A stretch of 64,000 bases of DNA from positions 1,005 to 65,004 of the forward strand of contig CAZXND010000002.1 in assembly GCA_964641355.1 (NCBI GenBank). Reading direction: 5' to 3'. Source of the stretch: an uncultured Gammaproteobacteria bacterium. Its GTDB lineage: Bacteria > Patescibacteriota > Microgenomatia > Levybacterales > GWA1-39-11. Made by a program: the position numbers and the translations under genes. The stretch's first letter is position 1, and every line of letters starts with the position of its first letter. Below, piece after piece: positions 38,817 through 49,153 of the stretch. The notes below the pieces were generated by a model, which worked only from the letters and a program-made list of their open reading frames with translations, made no database searches and was not told where the DNA came from.

Positions 38817-40357
38817 TAAATATTAAGCTTAAATCTCTTACCCGTGCAGGTTTTTGCATAATAAATACTAACCGAACCTTCCCCATAAGGGTTCCTAAAT
38901 TCCTTTTCAAGTACAAAATATTTATCCAGTCCTACAAGCTCTCTATTTCGGGAGACGAAATAAACGGGAATATTAGTCTCAAAACAGTCATATTTTTCGA
39001 AAGGGACACTTTTCATTCTTGTATCTATGTAAAACACGCGAGTATTCGAATTCTTATTGAAGTAAACAATTACTGCGCTCTCCGGATTTCCTGTATTTAG
39101 ACCGATCCCTACTCCCAATCGCCCGCTCTTAGTTTTATCTTCAAGAGCCTTGATTGCCTGATTTGTCGCAAATCCTGATGTTCCAGAGCTTACATACTCT
39201 ACTCTTCCTAGGTCTCTTGATAAAAGATCCAAAATGTCGAAATATTTAACAGGGATAAATGTTTGGAGGATTGTAAAGCTCAAGGGAATTGAAAATAAGA
39301 TAAATCCAACAACCCATTCATTATATCTTTGCATAAGAGTAACAATCGCATAGGCTGGAAAAAGAGTCAACAAAGGAAGAAATGAAACCAAGTATCTAAC
39401 ATTTGCATTCCTAACTAGTAATATCTCAAGTAGTATTCCAGAAAAGATGAAAAATATAAGCAAGCTCTGTTTTTTTTTAAGAAGAACCAAACCATAGATA
39501 AGCGCAATAAACATTAGGGGAGTAAAGAAAATAAACAGAATCTCAAAGTTCTTGATTATATTTGTCACCCAAAACCAAATAGGAAAACGGAGAAGATCTG
39601 ATAATCCAAATGAATAACGGTTGTTTGTAGGCAATGTTTTCCAGAATAACGGTTGAATCAACAGGATAAAATCAATCGCTAAGAATGAAATTATCATAAT
39701 TAACAAATTATTAACTTTTATTTTTTTATTTTTTGTAGATAAATAGAAAAGCGATATTGCTGAAGAAAGGAAAAATATGAAAGCCGTTGATTTTATAAAA
39801 AATCCTATTCCCAAAACCAATCCTAGATAGACAAAATACTTTTTTTTCTCGCTTTGAAGTGCCTCGATAAAAAAGAAAAAAGACCAAATTCCAACTGCTC
39901 CAATCGAGGATTCCATTAATGCTTGCCTATCGTAGAATGAAAATATTGGGATGATTGAATATAGAATAAATGAAATTACACCCGTTTTTTTATCAAATAA
40001 TTTGCTTCCTACCTTATAAAGTCCAGTGGCGGCGGCAAACCCTACTACTACCGAGACAAGTCTTCCTGCAAAAAGTGGATCATAAAAAATCATTTCAGAA
40101 ATCCCAAACACCCACATTAAAAGTGGTTGCTTTGCATCATATAATGAATAAAATAAGAGTCCCGGTTCATGTAATTCACGCCACGCCCAATCAAGATATA
40201 TTGCTTCATCATTAAAAATGGGAAGAATGGTAATATTTACTAATCTCAAGCAGAAATAAAACACGCTTAACACAAACAGAGGGTGGTTTAGATACATTTT
40301 TAATTTATTCATAAACCATTTTTCCTTAGGAGATTTAGGAGATAAGTAAATAAACAA
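38816..40357 (-). CDS. ArnT/PMT_2-like (GT39/GT83) membrane glycosyltransferase
   Basis: First periplasmic loop 'NDEAIYLDWAWRE...KQPLLMW' matches the D-E-x-x-Y...K-P-P-L-x-Y-W pattern of ArnT-like enzymes. 513 aa, polytopic. Confidence 0.55.
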   Translation of the reverse strand: MFIYLSPKSPKEKWFMNKLKMYLNHPLFVLSVFYFCLRLVNITILPIFNDEAIYLDWAWRELHEPGLLFYSLYDAKQPLLMWVFGISEMIFYDPLFAGRLVSVVVGFAAATGLYKVGSKLFDKKTGVISFILYSIIPIFSFYDRQALMESSIGAVGIWSFFFFIEALQSEKKKYFVYLGLVLGIGFFIKSTAFIFFLSSAISLFYLSTKNKKIKVNNLLIMIISFLAIDFILLIQPLFWKTLPTNNRYSFGLSDLLRFPIWFWVTNIIKNFEILFIFFTPLMFIALIYGLVLLKKKQSLLIFFIFSGILLEILLVRNANVRYLVSFLPLLTLFPAYAIVTLMQRYNEWVVGFILFSIPLSFTILQTFIPVKYFDILDLLSRDLGRVEYVSSGTSGFATNQAIKALEDKTKSGRLGVGIGLNTGNPESAVIVYFNKNSNTRVFYIDTRMKSVPFEKYDCFETNIPVYFVSRNRELVGLDKYFVLEKEFRNPYGEGSVSIYYAKTCTGKRFKLNI

Positions 40358-40393
40358 AGTAAAGACCAGATAATAAAAATGATAACTATAAAT

Positions 40394-41158
40394 TTATCTT
40401 TCTTTATTTTCATTATTATAAATAAGATAAAGTTTTCCCCTTACAAGAAATGAATAGAGGCTCATAAACACAGACATAACGAATCCTTGAATTCCATCGA
40501 AAAATCCTAATTTAATAAAATAATTATAACTAAACTTTCCAATTGGAAAGGCAATTATTCCTAGCAGTCCTACCTTTATTCCTTGCTCATACAGTTCATT
40601 TGCTCTTAAAGTCGAATAATAATTAATCTCAGAAAGAAATTCACTAATTTGCGTATGTGAAGTGTGAAGAAGATCTCCTTGAATAAAAGCCACATTCTTT
40701 ATTTTCCAAATTTCATGAACCTTACCCGTCCATTCTCCTCTTCCCTTTCTCCCCAACCTTGTTAATCTAATATTTTTTGTTTCACCAAACTTTAGTTTTT
40801 TTCCACCAAAAATATCTACTCGCTTTATCTTGTATCCATCGTATTTTGAATCTGAATTAACAACTCTTCTAATATTTTCCTTCAGAGTAGAGCTTAATTC
40901 TTCATCTGCATCAAGGAATAAAATCCAATCTGTCTTGCATTTCTCAATGGCAAAGTTTCTTTGTGCAGAAAAATCATTATTGAGATCTCTCTCATATAAT
41001 TGAACCTTTTTTGATTTAAAGCTTTTTACTACTTCAACGGTATGATCTGAGGAATTATCATCAACTATAATTACATCTCCAAGATCTTTTACGCTTTCGA
41101 TACGATTAACTATGTTAGCTTCTTCGTTTTTTGTCAGAATAACAGTCGTTATATTCAT
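40394..41158 (-). CDS. glycosyltransferase family 2
   Basis: 'VILTKNEEANI', 'VIIVDDNSSDHT' and the 'FLDADEEL' DxD motif. Confidence 0.8.
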   Translation of the reverse strand: MNITTVILTKNEEANIVNRIESVKDLGDVIIVDDNSSDHTVEVVKSFKSKKVQLYERDLNNDFSAQRNFAIEKCKTDWILFLDADEELSSTLKENIRRVVNSDSKYDGYKIKRVDIFGGKKLKFGETKNIRLTRLGRKGRGEWTGKVHEIWKIKNVAFIQGDLLHTSHTQISEFLSEINYYSTLRANELYEQGIKVGLLGIIAFPIGKFSYNYFIKLGFFDGIQGFVMSVFMSLYSFLVRGKLYLIYNNENKER

Positions 41159-42525
41159 CTTTTTTGCCGATATAAATATATTTTACCGTCTTTCTCTTCA
41201 ATTACAAACTCCAAATCTGCTTTTTTAGATAAATTCCCACCTAAATACCACGTCAAATAATCATAGTTATTTGTAAAGCTTGAGAATTCACTTCCCTCAC
41301 CCTTTCCTTTAAGTAAAAAAGTTGAATTATTTGCAGATTTTATTATTTTTTTTGAAATTCGAAGTCTATCTTTATAAAAGTTTTGATTAGTGCCTGAAAA
41401 ATAATTACTCGAGAGTAAGGAATAAATATTAACCGAAGAAATAATTAACGCGATGAATATTCCTAAATGTTTTTTTTTGATTGAATCAAGAAAAAGAGCT
41501 AATGAAATAATAACTATAGGAAAAAATATTGGCAAATATGCATCTGATGGCGTTTTGTTTATAGTAAACGCAATAAGCGGAATAAATATTGTGATAAACA
41601 ATGTTAAATCTTTTATGTTCTTCCTTTTTTTATAAATATAAAGTAAAGAGAACATTGAAGACAAAAACAAAAAAAGAGAAATTGGTAAGCTCAGAGGAAA
41701 TATTGTTTTTTTTAAAAAAAGTGAAAAAAAAGTCAGGAAATCAATCATAAAGTTACTAGAACTCCCTCCGAAGATCAATGATCTTAAGGGAGAAATAAAA
41801 ACCCATGCAGCGAATTTTAAGGTCTGATTGAATCCATGTGAAAAATCATAAATTATTACCGGAATTAAAGGAAAAACGAAGCAGGCAATACTACTTACAA
41901 ATAATTTCTTATTCATGTGACTTTTAATATACTTAAAATTTATAAAAACCACCGATGCAAAAACAAGCCAAAGAACTTGAGTTGCAAGCTCAAAGTTATA
42001 TAAGATCGAAAGAAATAAGATAACTAGTGGCACCGATTCAATTTTTTTCAAAGAAACTTTCACAAGAAAATAAAAGAACAAGAGAGTGAATAAGGGAATT
42101 AGACTCGTATGATACGGCATTCGAGATGAGAGAATTATATAAGGAGAGAAGGCATAAAGGATTGACGAAAAAATTGCCACTTTCTGAGAGTACAATTTTA
42201 GACTTATATAGTAAACCAAGACAACACAAATGGCGTCAAGAAAAGCAGAAAAGTAACCAGGGGCAAGTGGGTTAAATCCAAATAACGTAAAAATAACACT
42301 CAAAATATAGGTCCAAAATGGACCTTGATGAACCCAAACATGACTCGATGCAATTCCCACAAGAGGAATAGATTTTTCTAAAATAAAACTCCGCGCTGAT
42401 AAGTAAAACCATCCCTGATCTCCAATAAAATACATCAAGTCATTAATTTTATATATTCTCAAAAGAAATGAGGTGAAGAAAATCAATAAAATAAAAATAA
42501 CGGAGACTTTTTTCTTGGATATCAT
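41155..42525 (-). CDS. ArnT/PMT_2-like (GT83) membrane glycosyltransferase
   Basis: 'GDQGWFYLSARSFILEKSIPLVGIASSHVWVHQGPFWTYIL' aligns to the ArnT loop 'DE.RYAEIAREML.SGDWLVP.LNGEPYFEKPPLFYWL'. 456 aa, polytopic. Confidence 0.6.
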   Translation of the reverse strand: MISKKKVSVIFILLIFFTSFLLRIYKINDLMYFIGDQGWFYLSARSFILEKSIPLVGIASSHVWVHQGPFWTYILSVIFTLFGFNPLAPGYFSAFLDAICVVLVYYISLKLYSQKVAIFSSILYAFSPYIILSSRMPYHTSLIPLFTLLFFYFLVKVSLKKIESVPLVILFLSILYNFELATQVLWLVFASVVFINFKYIKSHMNKKLFVSSIACFVFPLIPVIIYDFSHGFNQTLKFAAWVFISPLRSLIFGGSSSNFMIDFLTFFSLFLKKTIFPLSLPISLFLFLSSMFSLLYIYKKRKNIKDLTLFITIFIPLIAFTINKTPSDAYLPIFFPIVIISLALFLDSIKKKHLGIFIALIISSVNIYSLLSSNYFSGTNQNFYKDRLRISKKIIKSANNSTFLLKGKGEGSEFSSFTNNYDYLTWYLGGNLSKKADLEFVIEEKDGKIYLYRQKR

Positions 42526-43373
42526 TGGAACATTTCGGGACGTACTATCTTCAAAATATTTTTTTCAACTTTCAGCAGTAGGAAAAGTAAAAATCCTAAA
42601 GTGCCGCTTCCATTCTTCTTATAATAATAAAGCAAGTCATTATAGTAAATATCAAGCTTTTTCCAACCAAGTTTTTTAACACTTGCAGAAACAGTATGAA
42701 TAACTTTCGCATTCCCAAGATGTAGAATTCTATACCCTTTCTTCTTTATTCTGAGACAGAGATCGTTTTCTGTATAATAAAGCAAGAATTTAGAGTCATA
42801 CCCACCAATCTCTCTTAATATTTTCGTTCTAACCATCAAAAATGCGTCACTAGTAACGTCGACATCAAAATCAAAAAGCCTATTCTGTCTTATGTATTTA
42901 TATTTATTAATCAATTTCTTATTTTTTAATCTTTTTCCCAAAATAGATAATTCGTAAAAATCAATCAGTGGAGTTGTAAATTTAGAACCAGTGCTTATTA
43001 TTTTTCCTTCTTCATAAATCTCTAATCCACCAATCGCGCCGATACTACTCTCTTTATCTAACCTATCTACCATCTTCTTTACTGAATTATCTGTAAAATA
43101 TGTATCAGAGTTTAATATTAAAAAATACCTCCCAGAAGCCTTACTCAGAACTTCGTTGTGTGCCTTAGTAAAAAAAAGATTTTTTTTGTTCTCGATTAGT
43201 TTTATTTGTTTAAAATTACTTTTAACCATCTTTACAGATCCATCGCTAGAAGCATTATCAACTACAATAATTTCAAATGCCACGTTTTTGGTGTGTTTAT
43301 AAATAGAGTCAAGACATCTTTTGAGAAGTTCACAAGTGTTGTACGAAACTATAGAAATAGTTACATCAATCAT
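42522..43373 (-). CDS. glycosyltransferase family 2
   Basis: 'SIVSYNTCELLKRCLDSI', 'IIVVDNASSDGS' and 'LNSDT' DxD-like motif. Confidence 0.8.
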   Translation of the reverse strand: MIDVTISIVSYNTCELLKRCLDSIYKHTKNVAFEIIVVDNASSDGSVKMVKSNFKQIKLIENKKNLFFTKAHNEVLSKASGRYFLILNSDTYFTDNSVKKMVDRLDKESSIGAIGGLEIYEEGKIISTGSKFTTPLIDFYELSILGKRLKNKKLINKYKYIRQNRLFDFDVDVTSDAFLMVRTKILREIGGYDSKFLLYYTENDLCLRIKKKGYRILHLGNAKVIHTVSASVKKLGWKKLDIYYNDLLYYYKKNGSGTLGFLLFLLLKVEKNILKIVRPEMFQ

Positions 43374-44020
43374 TTTGGGTAAGCTTTTATAACCATTTGA
43401 TAGGCAAAAAGATTTGGGAAAAATCTAGATAAGAATTTACTTATCCTAGGATATCCACCACCTACGCTGTCGATCATAAATACATCCATCTTGTATCCAT
43501 TTTTTTCGAAAAGATCTTTAAATGTTTCGGTAGTAAAAAAGTGAAGATGTGTATTATCCAAAATTCCATATTCCTGATACTCAAATTTTCCAAATAACAA
43601 ATTTTTTCTGATCGACCAGTGAGAGATATTGGGAGTAGTTACTATTAAAAAGCCGTCCTTTTTTAATAAACTTCTCCACTTTCTTACCGCCTCAAATGGA
43701 TCTCTTAAGTGTTCTATAAGAGCTGAGGCTAGTATTACATCAAATTTTCCCTTTACACTTTTAATAGTTTTTAAAGTCTCTACGTCCCCTTCAATAACTG
43801 AATCTAGTTTTTTTCTTGCTACTCGAGCTTCATCTTTAGACATTTCAATTCCAACTACGATACATTTTTTATTTTTTTTAAGATATTCACCCATAAATCC
43901 AGTAGCACAACCAATATCAAGAACTCTCGTATTTTCTGGTATTAAAGACGTAGAAAGCCTATCGATACTATTTGGATCAAGTATTTCAGGCTTAAATTTT
44001 ATATTTTTACCGTACTTCAT
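43370..44020 (-). CDS. class I SAM-dependent methyltransferase
   Basis: 'VLDIGCATGFMGEYL' motif I and 'FDVILASALIEH'. Confidence 0.75.
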   Translation of the reverse strand: MKYGKNIKFKPEILDPNSIDRLSTSLIPENTRVLDIGCATGFMGEYLKKNKKCIVVGIEMSKDEARVARKKLDSVIEGDVETLKTIKSVKGKFDVILASALIEHLRDPFEAVRKWRSLLKKDGFLIVTTPNISHWSIRKNLLFGKFEYQEYGILDNTHLHFFTTETFKDLFEKNGYKMDVFMIDSVGGGYPRISKFLSRFFPNLFAYQMVIKAYPK

Positions 44021-44023
44021 TGT

Positions 44024-45838
44024 CTAAGGTTTTTTAAATATTCCGATCATCTCAGGTTCATTTCTAAAAACATTTTCTTTATGAGTCTTACTGTATAATA
44101 GTTTAAAACCTGCTCGAGTGAGCAGGGAGTCCATAAATTTTCTATTTGGAATATTTACCCAATGACTTCTTCTAACATCTTTTGCTGGCATTGGAATCGC
44201 AAAAAATAATAGCCCTCCTCGTTTTAAGAGATTGTAACAATTATTCAAAGCAAGAGACAAATCATACATGTGTTCAAAAACATGGAAAGAAAGAATTATG
44301 TCATAGCTATTTTGTTTTAATTTTTGATCCATAAAGTGAATATCGAGTTCTTTAATGTTTTTTCTTTTTGAAAATTCAAGAGCATCATTTCCGATCTCAA
44401 TCCCAGAAATTAAATTTGAGTAATTTTTCTTAAAAAAGTCATAGCTGAAAAATTCACGACATCCTACGTCTAGTATTTTCGCCTTTTTAAAATCAATCTG
44501 TTTGTCATATTTTTTTGTAAAAAAATTCAAATACCTCACAACTGCAGTTTCTATAACTTCCGGAACAAGTGCAAGGGAGTCGCTTTTTTGATCAGCAATG
44601 TATTGTTTATAATCCAGTTCTAAAATTACCTCTAAAAGACTTTTGCCATTTAAATCTAAATTAAAGTATTTCTGTACCTTGTCTCGACTTCTTTTTATAA
44701 ATCTCTCCCTCCTACTGGGATTTACAATAAGCTCTCCCAACTTTTGTGAAATCTTTTTCTCATTAAGAGACCGAAGCAGCACTCCTTCATCATTGTTTAT
44801 TAAGGAGCGTACACCGGAAATATTTGAAGCAATTATTGCCGTGCCAAAAAACATTCCCTCAACGATCACATTTGGTTGACCTTCGTAGCCTTTTTTATTA
44901 GAGTTGGGATATGGCATGAATAGAACCGAAGCATGTAGGTACTTATTAAAAAGTTCTCTACCATAAAGCCCCGTTATTACTGAAACATTTTTTTCAAGTT
45001 TATTTTCAACTATTATTTCCCTTAACTCTTTCAAGTATTCACTATCAATATCAGGCCCAATAATCTCATACTTCCACTTTTCTTTAATATTTTTAGGTAG
45101 TAGTGAAAAAGCCCTAATTCCCAACTCAAAATTTTTTTCCCTGACTACTCTCCCTACTGAAATAATTAAATTTTCTTTACTTTTTTGCTTTTTTTTAAGA
45201 GATTCTTCTACTACTTTATAGTCATTAACGGGAATGCTATTTGGACAATATAGCGCATAAGATGTGATTTTTTTTAATCTGTTAGTAGTATTTCTTTTTT
45301 CCGATAAAATTAATTGAGAATTAAAAAGTAACGTATCATACAAATAAAAACCTTTGATGCTTGGTACAAAAGATAATAAGTTAATTAATAGGTGAATTTT
45401 TGAGTAGAAACTTTTGGGCGTAAGCCTTAGAAAACTTGTAGCGCCAAAGAATAATTTCCCGAAAGATGAAATACTATCATCTGAATCTAATTTCAGCAAA
45501 GTGAGTACATTGTTTTTGTCAGCTAAATCATTAACGAATTTAGAATATGGTCTACCTCTATAGAGAATGACTGCAAAATATTTATCAATGTTTTTTCTGA
45601 GATAGTCTCTAAAACCAGTGTTATCAAGCTGTGGCCAAGAAGAATTGGCTCCAATTCGCACTATTTCTATTCCAGACGTTTGAAATGACAAATCGATGTT
45701 CTTTTTAAGCCTCGCAGTAATAAATTCTACACTAATATCATTTTTTGCAAATAATTGAGCTAAAAGCCCAATGTTCTTATTGATAGATGTCTTATCTAAA
45801 TCGTCAAATATAATAGCCAATTTTCGCTGTGGTTTCAT
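44024..45838 (-). CDS. glycosyltransferase family 4 fused to a C-terminal SAM-dependent methyltransferase domain
   Basis: N-terminal and central GT4 region 'EGQPNVIVEGMFFGTAIIASNISG'. C-terminal 'ILDVGCREFF...YDIILSFHVFEHMYD...LLKRGGLLFF' is a Methyltransf_11-type domain. Confidence 0.7.
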   Translation of the reverse strand: MKPQRKLAIIFDDLDKTSINKNIGLLAQLFAKNDISVEFITARLKKNIDLSFQTSGIEIVRIGANSSWPQLDNTGFRDYLRKNIDKYFAVILYRGRPYSKFVNDLADKNNVLTLLKLDSDDSISSFGKLFFGATSFLRLTPKSFYSKIHLLINLLSFVPSIKGFYLYDTLLFNSQLILSEKRNTTNRLKKITSYALYCPNSIPVNDYKVVEESLKKKQKSKENLIISVGRVVREKNFELGIRAFSLLPKNIKEKWKYEIIGPDIDSEYLKELREIIVENKLEKNVSVITGLYGRELFNKYLHASVLFMPYPNSNKKGYEGQPNVIVEGMFFGTAIIASNISGVRSLINNDEGVLLRSLNEKKISQKLGELIVNPSRRERFIKRSRDKVQKYFNLDLNGKSLLEVILELDYKQYIADQKSDSLALVPEVIETAVVRYLNFFTKKYDKQIDFKKAKILDVGCREFFSYDFFKKNYSNLISGIEIGNDALEFSKRKNIKELDIHFMDQKLKQNSYDIILSFHVFEHMYDLSLALNNCYNLLKRGGLLFFAIPMPAKDVRRSHWVNIPNRKFMDSLLTRAGFKLLYSKTHKENVFRNEPEMIGIFKKP

Positions 45839-45846
45839 TATAAAGT

Positions 45847-47100
45847 TTAGGATTTTTTGTTAATAAAATACAATACAAATGAGAAAAAGCAAAGAAATAT
45901 CACTACTTGAGTTGCAATAGTAGCATAAACGGCCCCTAAAATTTGAAACTTTAAAATAAAAATGATGTTCAAAAGGATATTTAATAAAGCTCCCAGAACT
46001 GATATGTATAGATAAATTTTTTGCTTTCCTAATATTATTAGAACTTTATACAAAAGCGCAGACAAAGAAAGAAAAGGAACAAAAAATATTAGTATACGAA
46101 GTATTGGTATAGCCATGTCATATTTTGCTCCGAATATTAACGGAATTATTACCGGTGAAAAGATAGAAATAAAAATTGTTGTTGGAAAACTCCAAAAACC
46201 AATAGCAATACACGATTTATAAACTGCATTTCTAAATCTTCTTTTATCTTCTATGCCTATTCTCGATAAAGCAGGGTAAACAGCCATAACGAAAGGTACA
46301 TTCAAGAGTTGAATAAGAGAGAATGCAAATGGGCTAGCTGCATTAAAAATTCCTACACTTTTATCTCCCAGCATTCTTCCTAAAATTACAGAGTCAATAT
46401 TTGTATATACAAGAGAAGCAAATGCGGCCATTCCAAGAGGTAATCCCTCAAAAATAAAATACTTTGCTAATTTTTTATCAAATTCTACCTTTGGTAAATC
46501 GTATCTGGCCAAAGATATCCAAGACACGATAACACTCAAGATCGTGCCTACCAGCATTCCCCAAAAAATACCAGGCAGACCCAGTCCTAAATTAAATAAG
46601 ATAAAAGCGCAAAGAAGGAGAAGAATCGTATTAACGGAATTTAAAATTGCTGCAACTCCCATCCTCTCAGTACCTTCAAAGAAAAAAATTGGAGCAGTGC
46701 GAGCAATAGAAAAAAAGAGAGTTAATGAGGCAACAAATATCAAAAAGTCTGTATCTTTATCTGGAATCACCAATCCTCTAACAACAAATACAATTAAAAC
46801 CGTAATAAGCGCAAATAATTGGTTTATTACTAATGAATTTCCTAGATAAATGGTTGCCTTTTTTTTATTTTTTGCAATCTCACGAATTACAATAAGCCCT
46901 ATTCCAAGATCTGGTAAAAAGGCGAAAATACCAATGAACGAATTTACTAAATTATATTTTCCGTATTCCTCAACGCTTAAAGAATGTGCTAAAAAAACAA
47001 CCCAAATAACCCCGATAAACTTTAAAAAAATTTCTGAGAATGCAAGGAATATAGTATTCTTAAAAACGAGACCAAAATTATTACGTTGAAAAAAATGCAT
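45847..47100 (-). CDS. polysaccharide biosynthesis protein / oligosaccharide flippase (Wzx-like, MOP superfamily)
   Basis: 417 aa with 12 predicted TM segments. The N-terminal 'FLKFIGVIWVVFLAHSLSVEEYGKYNLVNSFIGIF' is typical of the PST family. Confidence 0.65.
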   Translation of the reverse strand: MHFFQRNNFGLVFKNTIFLAFSEIFLKFIGVIWVVFLAHSLSVEEYGKYNLVNSFIGIFAFLPDLGIGLIVIREIAKNKKKATIYLGNSLVINQLFALITVLIVFVVRGLVIPDKDTDFLIFVASLTLFFSIARTAPIFFFEGTERMGVAAILNSVNTILLLLCAFILFNLGLGLPGIFWGMLVGTILSVIVSWISLARYDLPKVEFDKKLAKYFIFEGLPLGMAAFASLVYTNIDSVILGRMLGDKSVGIFNAASPFAFSLIQLLNVPFVMAVYPALSRIGIEDKRRFRNAVYKSCIAIGFWSFPTTIFISIFSPVIIPLIFGAKYDMAIPILRILIFFVPFLSLSALLYKVLIILGKQKIYLYISVLGALLNILLNIIFILKFQILGAVYATIATQVVIFLCFFSFVLYFINKKS

Positions 47101-47105
47101 AAACT

Positions 47106-48227
47106 TCAGATCTTAAACTTATTCACCTTTTCAACTATGTATTCTTGATCTTTTTCGGATAAATCTGGAAAAATAGGAAGAAGAAGTATTTCCTTCCATA
47201 CTCTTTCAGTTACAGGTACGTCTGCCCTATAATCAGAATAAAGTTTGTAATGGTTTGTTGGTTCATAATGAACACTTGTTGCTATTCCATTATGTGCTAG
47301 ATAGTCAGAAAGTCTATCTCTTATTTTTGAAGAAACCTTAATTACATAATTATGATGGGAACTCTGAGCATAATTTTTTACAACAGGGGTTTCTATCCAT
47401 GAAGTTTTAGCAAACAACTTGTTATAAATCTCAAAAACTTTCTTCCTTTTTTCATTGTTTTTTTTAAGCTTAGCTAGTTGAACGAGTCCAATTGCGGCAG
47501 AAATATCATTCATTTGATATTTGTAGCCAGTTGTTACAACATTATACCTCCATTTAAGCTTTTTTGACTTTGATCGTGCCCAAGTACTTTGAGATATCCC
47601 AGACCATGCGAGAATACGCGAATCATCAATAGTTTTTTTATTTCTTCCAACCAACATTCCTCCATCACCTGTGGTTAAATTTTTAATGGCAGCAAAAGAA
47701 AAAGTAGCAAGATCACCAAAACTACCTACATGTTTGTTTTTATAATACGACCCTGTTGCATGGGCACAATCCTCAATAAGCGTTATTTTTTTATCACGAC
47801 ATAACTTAATAAGAGGAGAGAGATCAACAGGATGTCCTCCATAATGAACAACGATTATTACTTTTGTCTTTTTGGTTATTTTTCTTCCTATATCATTTAC
47901 ATCTGCACATAAATTATCTCTATCCACGTCGCAAAAAACAGGGGTGGCTCCCACCATCAGAATCGGATGGTTTGTTGCTACAAAAGTTAACGCGGGAGTA
48001 ATAACTTCATCACCAGGTGCAAGGTTACATGCAAGAAGTGCAAGGTGAAGAGCTGCAGTAGCAGAGTTTGTTGCAAGAACATTTTTTGCACCAATAAATT
48101 TCGTGAATTTTTTCTCAAACTCAAGCGTTTTAGGTCCCTGACCAATCCAATTTGATTTAATTACTTCACCAACAGCATTTATTTCATCCTCACCCATGCT
48201 TGGCTTAAACACTGGAATCATCATCAA
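47106..48227 (-). CDS. DegT/DnrJ/EryC1/StrS family PLP-dependent sugar aminotransferase
   Basis: 'PGDEVITPALTFVATNHPI' and the PLP-Lys region 'SFAAIKNLTTGDGG'. Confidence 0.85.
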   Translation of the reverse strand: MMMIPVFKPSMGEDEINAVGEVIKSNWIGQGPKTLEFEKKFTKFIGAKNVLATNSATAALHLALLACNLAPGDEVITPALTFVATNHPILMVGATPVFCDVDRDNLCADVNDIGRKITKKTKVIIVVHYGGHPVDLSPLIKLCRDKKITLIEDCAHATGSYYKNKHVGSFGDLATFSFAAIKNLTTGDGGMLVGRNKKTIDDSRILAWSGISQSTWARSKSKKLKWRYNVVTTGYKYQMNDISAAIGLVQLAKLKKNNEKRKKVFEIYNKLFAKTSWIETPVVKNYAQSSHHNYVIKVSSKIRDRLSDYLAHNGIATSVHYEPTNHYKLYSDYRADVPVTERVWKEILLLPIFPDLSEKDQEYIVEKVNKFKI

Positions 48228-48238
48228 GATTATATCAT

Positions 48239-49153
48239 CTAAAATCTTTTTATGAGAGCGTAAGTTGTGCCTAAAAGAACTGCAAAATCAGAGGTAATTT
48301 GAATCATGGGTAAATAGAGAATAGATAATATATTTTTTACAAACTTGAAATTTTTTATATATATCCATAACAGGTAAACAAAGACATATGTCAACAGAAG
48401 AGATCCGAAAAACAATTTCTCTTTGAAAAATAAAAAGAAGGTAATCAAGAAAATAAAATATCTAATAAATATGAGAAACACCTTAGGCCTAAAAATATTA
48501 GCATAAACATCACCTACGGCAAAATTAAAAAACATCAAAAACGATTCGACTATGTTTTTTCTCGGTACCCAACCAACAATTGCTCTTTTGGATACTGCTA
48601 TCCTAACTCCTGCTTTCTTCATCTTTCTTGCAAAATAGTAATCCTCACTATAGTTAAGTTTTTCCGGAAATCCTCCCAATAACTCAAATGTTTCTCTTCT
48701 TATTGCCATCGAACGAGAAGAAGGCAAAAATCCGTCTTTTGGATTGGAGACCAAAACATAAGGAGTAAGACAGGCTTCAAAAGTTGTCTCTGGTAACCCT
48801 TTATAAAAACCAGCTACGACCTTTATTTTCTTATCTTTTAAAGGGCTGGTGATTTCTCTTAACCAATTACGATCAAGGATACAACCAGCATCAGAAATTG
48901 CAATCACGCTACCTGTAGATTCATAAATAGCCTTATTTCTACCAATTGATCTATTTCCCTTAACCCTAAGCAATTTAAACGAAACACCTTTTGGGGACTT
49001 GAACTTTTTAAGCAATTTCCAAGTTCCATCAGTAGAATCAGCATCTGTAATTACTATTTCATTTGGAAGCTTTGATTGAGAGATAACGGATTCAAGAAAC
49101 GGGATAAGTGTATTTCTTTCATTATAAACAGTAGCTATAAAACTAACTTTCAT
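48239..49153 (-). CDS. glycosyltransferase family 2 with C-terminal TM segments
   Basis: 'VSFIATVYNERNTL', 'IVITDADSTDGT' and 'ISDAGC'. Confidence 0.75.
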   Translation of the reverse strand: MKVSFIATVYNERNTLIPFLESVISQSKLPNEIVITDADSTDGTWKLLKKFKSPKGVSFKLLRVKGNRSIGRNKAIYESTGSVIAISDAGCILDRNWLREITSPLKDKKIKVVAGFYKGLPETTFEACLTPYVLVSNPKDGFLPSSRSMAIRRETFELLGGFPEKLNYSEDYYFARKMKKAGVRIAVSKRAIVGWVPRKNIVESFLMFFNFAVGDVYANIFRPKVFLIFIRYFIFLITFFLFFKEKLFFGSLLLTYVFVYLLWIYIKNFKFVKNILSILYLPMIQITSDFAVLLGTTYALIKRF

